Of a stretch of 64,000 nucleotides of DNA, positions 30,301 through 40,911 are shown in pieces. The notes below the pieces were generated by a model. The model was not told the origin of the DNA, searched no databases, and was given only the letters and a program-made list of their open reading frames with translations. Position 1 is the stretch's first letter; each line of letters opens with the position of its first letter. Position numbers and translations under genes: made by a program. The stretch comes from Bugula neritina (Eukaryota; Animalia; Bryozoa), in contig OZ037769.1 in the NCBI GenBank assembly GCA_964035545.1, positions 4,755,929 through 4,819,928 of the forward strand, written 5' to 3'.

Positions 30301-33140
30301 AGTGAGAATTCTTAGAGAGCATGGTGAAGATAGATACCGGCTGAAGGCGCCCACCTTCACCGGCGAAGAAGCAGTGGAGCAGTTCATCCAAGAATTCCAG
30401 GATGTGATGGAGATTGCAGAATGGCCGCCAAGGGTGGCGTTGCTAAAGCTCAGGATGGCGCTGACGGGCAAAGCTAAGCCGTACGGAGCGGGACCTGACA
30501 TAGACGGAATCTTTGCTTCCCTGCAGGCCCGTTTTGGCATCTCTCCCATAGATGCGCGGGCCCGTCTACAGAGGATGCGGCGTGATCCTCACACGTCACT
30601 AGAAGAGCACGCTGCCACGGTATACCCATTAGCGCAGATCGCATTCCGCGATCTGCCTCCGGTACACCGTGAGAGGTATACCTATGATGCCTTCGTGCAG
30701 TCCATCAACGACTTGGGGCTCCACCATCAACTCCAAGCGAGGGGAGTCACCACAGTCGAAGATGCACTTGCGGTGGGAGAAGCCTACCTCTTGGCAACTC
30801 ATATGCACCGCAACCGCGTGGCCTCCCGCCAGGTGACCACGGAGCACTCTACTGCTCACACCGAACTAAACGCGGAACCCTCCGCGGTGGCTAATGTGAA
30901 CCAGATGTCACTAGCGTCAAAAATCTCACAGATGACTGACATGCTAGATAAACTGGTCACCACATTAGCTTCCCCAAGCCAGGTAGATACTGCCCGTGAG
31001 CCTTGCGGGCCGCAGGTACAATCACCAGGCATGGGGCACCACTTCTGCTGGGAATGCGGAAGACCAGGACATTTCCAGAGAAACTGCCCTCAGCTCCCAC
31101 CAGGGTTAAACTACCCCGGCCCGCAGATGTTCCCACCTCCTGCGGGCCGTCTGTGAATCACCCAGGGAGGCCCGCGCGTCTGTCGCCCCGCTGGGCGCCG
31201 CGCGGAGATGCTGTGAAGTGGCGACCCCCGCGGCAAGTAGGCTCAAGCCACTCGCCGCCTGGGTCCTCTACGCCACTCCGGCACCAACACGGAGCCGGCA
31301 GACGGTTGACCACAGAGCCTGCGAGGGAAACGGTACAGGCGCCGCAAGGCGTATCGCCCCAACCTCGGCAGCTGGTCAATAGTCGCCGCCGACCGTGGAC
31401 CCCTCGACCCACAGCGAGGGAGGTGCAACCACGGCACACACAATTGCAGCCGCACGGAAGTAGCTACTTCCTACCAGGGAAGCTAGCCGGCAAGCCTGCC
31501 AACTTCCTCCTGGACTCCGGCTGCACCACCAACCTCCTTAGCCGTCAGTTCTTTGACACCCTCAGCACTAACGTCAGGGTTTCTCGTACTGCTACTATCC
31601 GCCCGCCATAAGTCCCCTATGGTTCAGAGCCCACCTCCTACTCCCGTCAACCCTAGCAACACCCCAGAAGTAGAAGAAACAACAATATCCCCTCTAACGG
31701 AGACCACTACAACCCCACCAAGGCCTAGCCAGCTGGCTAACGTAGAAGAGCGGCTTATAAGACTACAAGCCGAGTTCACACAACTTGCCCCTGACCTGCT
31801 GGATACGACGACAGGTCTATACCAGTTGAAGGACTCAGTGGGACGACTGAAGAGGCGGCTACGGGCCCGACAGGCTCGACACAGAGCACGGTCGCTACAA
31901 GAATCAGAGTCCAACCAATGAGAATGCCTGGGGTAGGCACCTTCGTTGAGCGATACTCGTTTGGAATGTGACAAGCGCTCCGACATTGGCCCGCGTGCTG
32001 GTAAGCACCCTCTCTCTTAATAGCTGACTAGATGTGTGTGATCGATCACCCTGTTGTCTTCTAATGTAAATGTTGTCGTGCTCAACTATTTCTTTTCTTA
32101 CTCTTCGTGGGTTTACTTATGTATGTTTTTCTTTTTGGATTATTGTATAGTTTTTCATTATGTGTTTTTTTTTTATTGTGTTATCAGAAAGTAGGGCTTT
32201 CTGCTGGGGGGGACGGTGTAGTGAGTAGTGCAAAGTACAAATACGGGAATCGCCCTCTCCCTACTCTTGGAATACTTAGACTCTTGTGTAGCAACCAATT
32301 AGCAGCTCCGGAAGAGATGCTTCCGATTCACGTGACACTTCCCGGGTTATTAACATTATATCACGTTGTTGTAAGCGGAGGCTTGTAGTAGTAACATGTG
32401 TTAGTAGTTGACTCTTGTATAGGATAATTTGATGTGATGTTTGGTTTATGCTTTATTGTGGATAATAAATATAATTACTCGACAGCTACCCTAGTAATTG
32501 ATAACAGAATAACCAGCTAACTATACGCAAGTAAATAACTCACGCTCAGTAATTGTACAAATTACTACAATACTAATGCTAATAAAGATATTATATTTTT
32601 ATTTAAACCATTGCTAATGCTTAGATTTAAATTTTTTGGTTATACTCTTATACTTATAGTAAATATCATACAATAATTAACAGTGCAATTATAACATGTG
32701 CACTTATTGATATTTGGAATTGGGTAATTTGAATTAATCTTTACTCTAACTCTGTGTAAAAATTTCACAATTATTATCACAATGAAACAATGACAATGAT
32801 CAATATTTACAATCACAATAATCAATAACTATAAGTATGAGTATAAATATAACTTAAACTTTGATTACTACCACTATCACTATGAGTCTGAGTATGACTA
32901 AGACTAAATTTAGGAGTATGAGTCAGACTCAATGAATATGATAATCAAACTTGCTGTCACTTCCTATGAGTGTGGCTCACAATGCCACTTTAGCTTAAAA
33001 ACAGAATTAGAGTTTATTTTGCCAAAAAAAGAAAAATTAAGCGTACTTTTTAAAAGCTTTTGTGTAGCTGGACTGTAGTTGGCCTGCTGCGAATTCCAAA
33101 AGCCTCCATTCTGAACGCGTTCATTTTTACTGGTCGCCAT
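27392..33140 (-). CDS. C22orf23: UPF0193 protein EVG1 (C22orf23) homolog, 5 exons
   Basis: Exons 33047-33140, 29122-29367, 28640-28801, 28317-28417, 27392-27493; motifs MMQESKLNSFQQR, GAYER, DRFEELQKEIEERQNFLEEM..LGQG..Y..II.TEISQKLREME match the family as I recall it. Confidence 0.88.
30206..31156 (+). CDS. gag: Gag with CCHC zinc knuckle
   Basis: Uninterrupted ORF from ATG 30206; APTFTG..VEQFI..F....W capsid-like motif; CWECGRPGHFQRNC. Confidence 0.88.
   Translation: MAEDGTELPILLNEGERDNVDILVEPVVLDEEVRILREHGEDRYRLKAPTFTGEEAVEQFIQEFQDVMEIAEWPPRVALLKLRMALTGKAKPYGAGPDIDGIFASLQARFGISPIDARARLQRMRRDPHTSLEEHAATVYPLAQIAFRDLPPVHRERYTYDAFVQSINDLGLHHQLQARGVTTVEDALAVGEAYLLATHMHRNRVASRQVTTEHSTAHTELNAEPSAVANVNQMSLASKISQMTDMLDKLVTTLASPSQVDTAREPCGPQVQSPGMGHHFCWECGRPGHFQRNCPQLPPGLNYPGPQMFPPPAGRL
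31105..31611 (+). pseudogene. pol: internally deleted pol (protease N-terminus only), -1 frame to gag
   Basis: FLLDSGCTTNLLS aspartic protease motif, then RVSRTATIRPP-stop; no RT, RNase H or integrase motifs. Confidence 0.8.
31619..31921 (+). CDS. small ORF (100 aa) in env position: Pro/Thr-rich N-terminus, heptad coiled-coil, Arg-rich tail
   Basis: ATG 7 nt after the pol stop; LANVEERLIRLQAEFTQL..LYQLKDSVGRLKRRLRARQARHRAR. Confidence 0.45.
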   Translation: MVQSPPPTPVNPSNTPEVEETTISPLTETTTTPPRPSQLANVEERLIRLQAEFTQLAPDLLDTTTGLYQLKDSVGRLKRRLRARQARHRARSLQESESNQ

Positions 33141-33939
33141 TTTGAAGCTACTCCAAGACAACACTAGACTCCTTTAATGCATAAAAATCCATCACTGCTA
33201 AATTGGTACTTATCGATAATCTGAACGTCTAGCAAAAATAGATTCCAGCGTCATGCTATACTCGTTAAACGAAAAAACAACTCCAAATAATTTGTTTCAA
33301 ATTATCTGCTTATCCTATTTAGAAATGATTGTCATTATGATATAATCACTGAAATTAAATTAATTTTAGTTCAGTAGTTATAGTATGCAACTACAAAAAT
33401 GGTGGTAAGACCATCATCATAGAAATATAATATTTTATGATTATATTATAACAAAATTGTACCACGCTGAGTTATCAGCCTACCTTGACGTTTTATTTAA
33501 ACCAATGAATTAAAACCTTTTAATAAGGTGAAGGTCAGAAGCTACGCGGTTCACGCGTCCTTGCCATCAGGTTTCTTTCGCCCTTGGCCACCAGACCGCT
33601 TGATTCAGTACGCCATATTCATATTGATATTCATAATATTGTTCATGATATTCACTTTGATGTACTTATAGTTATACTTATGGTGTTATATGATATTATT
33701 TATTCTTTTATAGCCATCATGGCATTTGGCATAAACTTGCTGTTGTAGAGGAAATGTTTAAACATAGTCATAGTGATACTGATACTGATAGTGATAGTTT
33801 CATATTAAAATATGATATTTTAATAATAATTCATCAATTGCAAACAAATTGAAATTGAAATACATTTACTTTTACTTTTAGTGTTACTGTTACAATTCAC
33901 TTTCACTGAAAGTTCAACTTCAAGTTTGGAAATCTAAAA

Positions 33940-36900
33940 ATGAGAGGTGCAAGACTAAGAGAGAGGTTTGCTTTTCCTCTTTACGATATGGCCACCTGGT
34001 TTCCAGGACACATGTACAAAGGTAAAGCGAAATTAAACTCATTACTTAAGTTACTTTTGGTCTGATTTTCAAACTGAAACTCAAACATTCACTTTCAGTT
34101 TCATATTTGTTGACAGAATTCAAAATTGAACTAAATTATTGCCATTTAGTTTTACTTTACATAATCACAAGGTTTTATAATAAATATAATAAAGGCTAAA
34201 TTGAAATTTATTTGATTAATCTCTCATTATAAGTGTAAGATTTTATTTTGACTCCAGTTCAATTTTTCGATGCAAGTACTTACTCAGTTTTGCTAATAAA
34301 TAACATGATATTAACACACCTCCACCTTGTAGGCATGATCATATGTGCATTGATAATCATTGTCAATGATCTTGTAGTTTGATCACTACAACACTGGGTC
34401 ATCTATGGCTATTTTATTTTGGTTAATCATTGGTGTGTGAACTCATATGATCATATTCCTTACAGGCATTCAAGGTATGCAGAAAAGAATTGGTGATATG
34501 GATTGCATTATTGAAGTTCATGATGCACGAATACCATTTACAGGAAGGAATCCAATCTTTGATAGACATGCCAAGATGAGACCACATATACTTGTTCTGA
34601 GTAAAGTAAGGTCAATCACCTTCCCACGTTTTGCAAAACTGGCTGCTTCTGCCTTTATATAGCTATGCTTGAACATGAATAAAATGATAAATTCCTGGTT
34701 TTTTCTTTGTGGTGAACAACAAAGTGTTAGCCTTTCTTTGTAAATACTTTAGTTATTGTGAGGTTGTGGAGAATTGGAAACGCAATCTATGGTTTCTGAG
34801 TAACTTCTAGCTTTGGGAAAGTGTTTTCTTTTTCAATTCAGTAGGATTCTGAATTTTTATAATGGCTTTAAGTAACTAGTATTCATTATTTCAAGTCAAA
34901 ATTTATATAATGCAATTGAATGCTGCCATTAAAAACGCTAGCCTTTCACATTATGAAATAGGAGCAGCAATATCACATTGATATGTCAGATATTTTCTTA
35001 TTACGGTTTGTCCTTAGTTTTCCCATGTGCATAGGTTGATCTTGTTGACAAGAAGTCTGTTCATTGGATGAAGAAAAACCCGGACAAGTTGGGAGCTACT
35101 GAAGTTATATTGGCTGATATGAAAAGACAGACCCTTCGAACTTCTAACTTGGTAATTGCAGAGTATGGATTGGTGCTCTTTTTACCTACCAGGGACCAGT
35201 TTGCACCAAATCGTATTTTGTCAGTGCTCAAATTTTTGCATCATAGCCTGATATTGCAATTGTTAAAGTTCAGTTACCTTATTCAATCGTTTTCTTTTAA
35301 AGAATTATGTTAAATGAAAAGGTTGTTAACAGCTCGTAGGTCAAAATTATGCCTCTTTTCTGTTTCGGCTTTTTCAAATAGTCTTGCTACAATTTTCACT
35401 CTCATCCATGTTTCACTGGTAACTATTATACCAGAGCCAAAAACACTGTGTTGCAGATGTCATAGTGTTTATGGTGTTCTTGTTAGTTATAGTTGTATTT
35501 TTTACAGCTTGTTGAGAAAATGTTAGAGGTTATTGATCACACAGACCGTTTTCATCGCTCTCGGGTAAGCTCATATTTTTTTAAGAGTTACATAATAAAG
35601 ATGTACAGTTTGTACTTGGTTTCAACTAGTAAACCTGATGTTATACTTGTGAACATTTTAGAAATTTGTTTAGCTAGAAGCTTGGTGATTTGCAGTTGAT
35701 AACTCAATCTGTGTAGTTCAACTGGCCATCATTCAATAATATACCCCGGAAAATTTAAAATTAAAACGCAATAAGTTTGTCAACTGTAAAGTATGTTTTC
35801 ACTTGTATGAATACTAGAAATTCTTTTGACTTTTTAACAGTTGTGATATCTCTAGTAAGTCAAGTTTTCATCATTCTGACCAAACTATGCAGAGTTTAAT
35901 TTTATGTAGCAAATTTGTAATCTGAAAAAGCATAAAAAGCTCTTGTTTTGCTATAAGAAAATTGTTCTACTATAGCTATAATTATTTCAAAAATAGACTG
36001 AGTTTGTTGAGTTATCTCAAAATTGCTGTGCATCAGAACATCTTTCTGTCAAACTGTTGGGTATATAGAATGTCGCATAAACTTTCAAGTTACTTTAATG
36101 GTGTTTTTTGCAGAGTGAATCGTATCACGTGTTAGTGGCTGGAATCCCGAATGTTGGTAAATCAACCCTCATCAATTATTTGAGAAATACAACTTTGAAA
36201 AAGAAAGGTTTGATTTTCTAAAGTGTCCCTTTTTCTTGTTTCTTTTCCTTTGTTTCTTTGTTCTCCTTCCTCTTTTTTCAAGATTTTTCATTTCTAAAAA
36301 TATGCTCCTTTTGTAGGCAAGTCCGCAAAAGTTGGTGGAATTCCTGGAATTACCAAGTCTGTTATGGAAAGGATCAAGGTATGCTTGAAATAGAGCATTT
36401 TTATGCCATTACCGTTATTTCCCGTTGGGACTTTTTAGTTAAAAAAACTTGTAATGCTTGAAAACATTAAAATGTCTTTGTGGGGACTTCTAGATTTGTG
36501 AGGACCCAAAAATATATTTGGTGGACACACCCGGTGTCCTGACGCCGAGAATTGAGTCGGCTGAGGTCGCCCTTCAACTTGCTGCCTGCAATACTGTACG
36601 CTCAGAAGTGTTAGGAGAGGAGCTCATCTGTGACTACATCCTTTATTATCTCAATAAGCACGGGTTAACTCTGTAAGTGTCGATTGGAGTATGGGTTAAC
36701 TGTATATGTGTCCATCGTCATTTATGGAACATTGTGATTGTGATTCCTTGAATATGGGTTAACTTGTGTGACTGTTGATTCCTGTTTTGTGCATCCTGGG
36801 TTTTCATGTTGCCTCTCTTAATTTAGTCCCGATACTAGTTTTTCTTATTTTATACATTCATCAGATACGTTGAGGAATATGGATTGAATGAGCCAATTGA

Positions 36901-37582
36901 CAATATTCATGAAGTCCTAAAAGCCATTGCAAGAAAATATGACAAGTACCTGAAACATCGTGTCTCTGGTGAGTGTGTGTGTCCTCATACTGGCGCCATT
37001 AGCAAATCAAAGAGAAAATATGTTAGTGAGTGATGTGTTCTTCTTATACTAGCGCCAATAAAAATTCAAATTATTTTGGCGAGTTTTTCGTGTTTCTGTT
37101 GTTTATCAAAACAGTAGTTTAAAACAGGCTAATCAGTGGTCATTACAGCTCTGTGAATCTGATGTAATGTAAAGCAGTTGCTTTCTTACAGTTTGCTAAA
37201 TGATGCACTATGGCCAACGCTCAGCGTATGATGAGATGTACATTTTTAATACTATATTATTGTGTTTGTTATTTCATGAAAATAGGGTTTCATGATAATT
37301 AAAATCTTGATTTGGCATTCAAGTTTCTCCATTTACTGAGATAATAGCAGGTGTTTAAAAAGTTGTAGTTGTGGAATATGATGTATTGGTACAATTTAAA
37401 ACTGATCACCCAACTAGCATTGACAATAAGGAGACTGCCTTGAACTGACCATCTCCTTTGTGAATTTTGCAGGAGAGTATCAAGTTCTGCCCAACTTTCA
37501 GTTTGCTGCTCATAAAATGCTCCACGACTTCAACAGGGGTCTCTTGGCAGAAGTAAACTTCAATTGGGGGATGATGTCATAG
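33940..37582 (+). CDS. MTG1: mitochondrial ribosome-associated GTPase 1 (RbgA/YlqF family), 9 exons
   Basis: Exons 33940-34021, 34466-34605, 35035-35151, 35508-35564, 36114-36207, 36317-36378, 36494-36672, 36865-36968, 37473-37582; WFPGHM, EVHDARIP.TGRNP, GIPNVGKS, PGIT, DTPG in circularly permuted order. Confidence 0.93.
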
Positions 37583-40263
37583 TATGCCCATCATTTGGCG
37601 AAGGAGATATTATGTTGTTGTTGCAGCAGTATGTCAGGTTAGACAAAGTGCTAACAGCTCCTCTATTGTAGACAAAGCCAATTTTATGTAGCTTCTCAGA
37701 AATGATAGAATAGATTATTTGTATCTTAAATACTGTCAAAGTACACAGTGCACGTGCATTGTAGCTTGGCATATTTTGATGTAATCGTTACTAGTTGCTA
37801 TGCCTTTGCCTTTACAGTCTTAGCTTACCAACAATTTTGCAACAGCTTCTTTTTCATTGCTACGTTTAGCGTAGTGCTTGTTTTTAGAGCTTTGCTACTG
37901 TTGAATCTGAAAGCTTCTTTGCGGCATTTTTTTGGTCAGAGTAGAATGTTTATGACTTCATATTTTTAGTTGGTTTTGCTAGATCAACTTAATCCAACTA
38001 ACCGCCCTACCTTTCGATAAGATTAGCAGCCCGTCACACTAGAGACGGTGATTCACCCTCTAGTGCCGTAGTCCCAGTTATACTCTTGATGAGTCAGCCC
38101 CATATCGTTAGCTGTAGCCCAGAATGACTAGGTTACCAACCCTCACCACGTGGAGGTGATATTAGGGATAATAAGGTGCATAAATGAGATTATACACCTC
38201 TGCACTTACAACGATATGTCAAGTGCTTAAGAGGTTATGGCATACTATGTTTAGCAGATATGATTTAAATCCTGGCATTAAAATGTCATCTAGATATATA
38301 TCTTGTTTTATTTTTTTTTAATTTTCTGAAAGTCATCGCTCTAAAACAAAAGTTTTTATTACACCTACTTGACCTAGTTTTTTATTTTGGACACACCCTT
38401 TGTTCGAAATATTTTTATACGTTTTGCTGACATTGCTGCTTGAAATTGTTCTTTCTGGCTCGTTTTACATAACTTTCTTTTAAAATTGCTGTTAAGTGAA
38501 ATTAGGCTATACAGCGTATACTAATTTAGCTAAGCACTTAGTGGTTTACCATAACAGTATCCGAATAGAGTATTAATGGGATGGATCTTGGGACCAAAGA
38601 GATAAGAACATGAAATAGAGTAATTCCATCACAACAAAGTTAAAGCTGCGCAAATTCTGAGCAGCCATAGCCTATTTTTGCTTGCATTGTAACAAAAGCA
38701 TAGTCTAATTTTTTATACTTTTTATACAAGTCATTTATCTCAAGTGATACGAAAACCTTAAATGAAGATGACAGAGTGTACCAGCACTGTTCATGTAGTT
38801 CGAGGTTTTTTTGAAGAACCATGCCAGCACAATTTTGCTTCTGTATTCCAAAACAAAATTAATGAAGTGTCTAAATAACATAAAGCTGGTTTAAATGACA
38901 AATTTTGAGCATATCTTGGAAAAAAATCTAGTTTCCGCAGCTTCTTGATATATTTTTGTTCCCCTAGTACTAAGATTCAAAACAAGTCAGGTTGCAGTTC
39001 TTCAAATATAGTTAAATTCTGTAAAAGCAGTTTAATTCAATAAATGAGTTCTAAGGTTTTTTGAAGTGTGTAGGCTAGTGTGCAAAACTTTACAATGGTT
39101 TATGCGGTTGAAGTTTCTGTTAGCAATTCCCTGTTGGCTCAACTTTTTTTCGTGCTCTGCGGCTTGTCGGCTCATGATGCCCCTATCTAGTCATTCCCTG
39201 TGGCTAGTGGTCCCTTTTTGCCATGCCTTGCAGCTTTTTTGTTCACAACACCCTTTTTTATCATGCTGAAGACTCATTGTCTTGGGTTTTTTAATTGCTT
39301 GCAATCTTCTATAATTTTCTGAATGTTGGTTTGATTTTTTTATCAAGCTCAGTATTTATATAGTTGAAATGTGCGATCGAGGTGACTATGTCATGAAAAG
39401 TGATTGAACTGAACAGTTATTTTTGAATAAACAGGCCATTGCCAAAACATAATCGCTACATTTAGACTGTTTTTTGTGCTTCATTATCTGAGTTTACGGA
39501 GTAACAACACATAACCTTATGAGCATTGTAGAGTTCATGAGGTTAATACTTTTGCCAGGTTTAAGTAACCCTACCTCACCTCTAATTGTGGCTCCCATTT
39601 CTACCAGTTTCTGATAGCCTATGTTTTTTCCTTTTGGGAAATGGATAGTAGAGACACTAGTTAGAAAATTTATACTATAATGGAATTCAAGCGGTCCATA
39701 ATATTTTTATTCTTAATTTAATAAGGCATTGCCTACTTGGAGTTAAAAATTTTTGCTTTTATGCATCAGCAAGAATCTGCCATCCACCAGTTGATGTGCT
39801 GTTCTTCTGGGGTGATGTTTTAGTAGCCGATGAAATGTCGACTCGATTGATTGCACTCATCTAAACTTTTACTGTATGGTCTGTGGTCGTTCCACCTCGT
39901 GTACAGTACTTCAAACACACTTTTTAGCCCTGAGTACGCCCCCACTTACTTAAAGACATCTCTTTGGTACTCGTGCGACAGGTAAATGTGATGGGTGAGG
40001 CGCTGATATTGCAGACTATTTGAATTAACTTTTTGTAAATTTGAGGAACAGCTCTCAGTGAATCAATTATGTGCCCAGATTTTCATTTCTTTTCGTAAAG
40101 CTCAAGATTTTTTAGCTGAGAATCATCAGCTGTGGCAAAAAGAATTGACTTCACTTCATTTTGCAGCGGCAGGTTTTTTTAGATAGAAAACCAAAGTAAT
40201 CTATAAAACCAAACATCTAAATCTGGTGAGGATGATCCTGTTTCCATTAGCATCAAACCAATT

Positions 40264-40660
40264 TTTAAGTATATGTTTACACGGGTCAGTTTTTCTGTAC
40301 AAGTCTTCACACTCACAAGTAGTAAAATTAGACGGTGTTTGTTGGGGCTGGCCAATTCTCCGGCTCTATCTTATCTTAATACAAAAGAAACAAAATCATA
40401 AAATCGTTTGTGCAAACAGGGTGGAATTTCAGGTGCACATATAGCTGGTGCAAATGCTGATGGGATATTTCGTATCCTTATATATATTTGCATCTTTTAA
40501 TTTTTCAGCTAACTTTGTAAAGCTCACACTCTTTGAATGCTAGTTTTCTCCTGTCTCTTCGTGTTTTGAGCCTCCTTAGTTATTGCTGTATGCAACTTCT
40601 AATACGGCTGGTTGAGTCAATTCCAGGATGCTGTGTTATACATTCTAAGCTGCCATCCAA
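40264..40660 (-). pseudogene. decayed DNA-transposon-like coding remnant with SWIM zinc finger
   Basis: 40320-40264 translates TCECEDLYRKTDPCKHILK (CxC..CxH); surrounding frames are broken by stops. Confidence 0.4.
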
Positions 40661-40911
40661 TCACAGGCTTGCAGCATAATTACAGCAACAAACATACAGG
40701 TCTACTATCTGCTAGTCTTGGCAATGGTTACAGGTGCACCCCTCTGTAGCTGGCCTACAAGTTTGCTGATACAAAGATTTAGTTGTTGAAAGACTATTAA
40801 GTAGGTCTGAGATAACAGTCAAACTATCAGTATCATTTAAAGAGTTTTCAAAGGAGTTGATACTCCTTCGAACAATATTGGTGAAATCACAGTGGTTGTG
40901 ATGGGTTGCAC

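Larger units (their letters stand above)
29818..32569 (+). mobile_element. non-autonomous Gypsy-type LTR retrotransposon (2752 bp) in EVG1 intron 1
   Basis: 353-bp TG..CA LTRs 29818-30170 and 32217-32569 with no difference seen; ATAC TSD; PBS TGGTGGCAGCGGTGGGAT (tRNA-Leu 3' end) 30172-30189; PPT GGGGGGGACGG 32206-32216. Confidence 0.96.

Noticed and set aside
32107-32388. Hydrophobic 93-aa ORF as possible env
   Set aside because: GTG start in a T-rich 3' region running through the PPT into the LTR; composition artefact
38037-38066. Hairpin CACTAGAG..CTCTAGTG as Helitron end or ncRNA
   Set aside because: No downstream CTRR terminus and no second copy in the window
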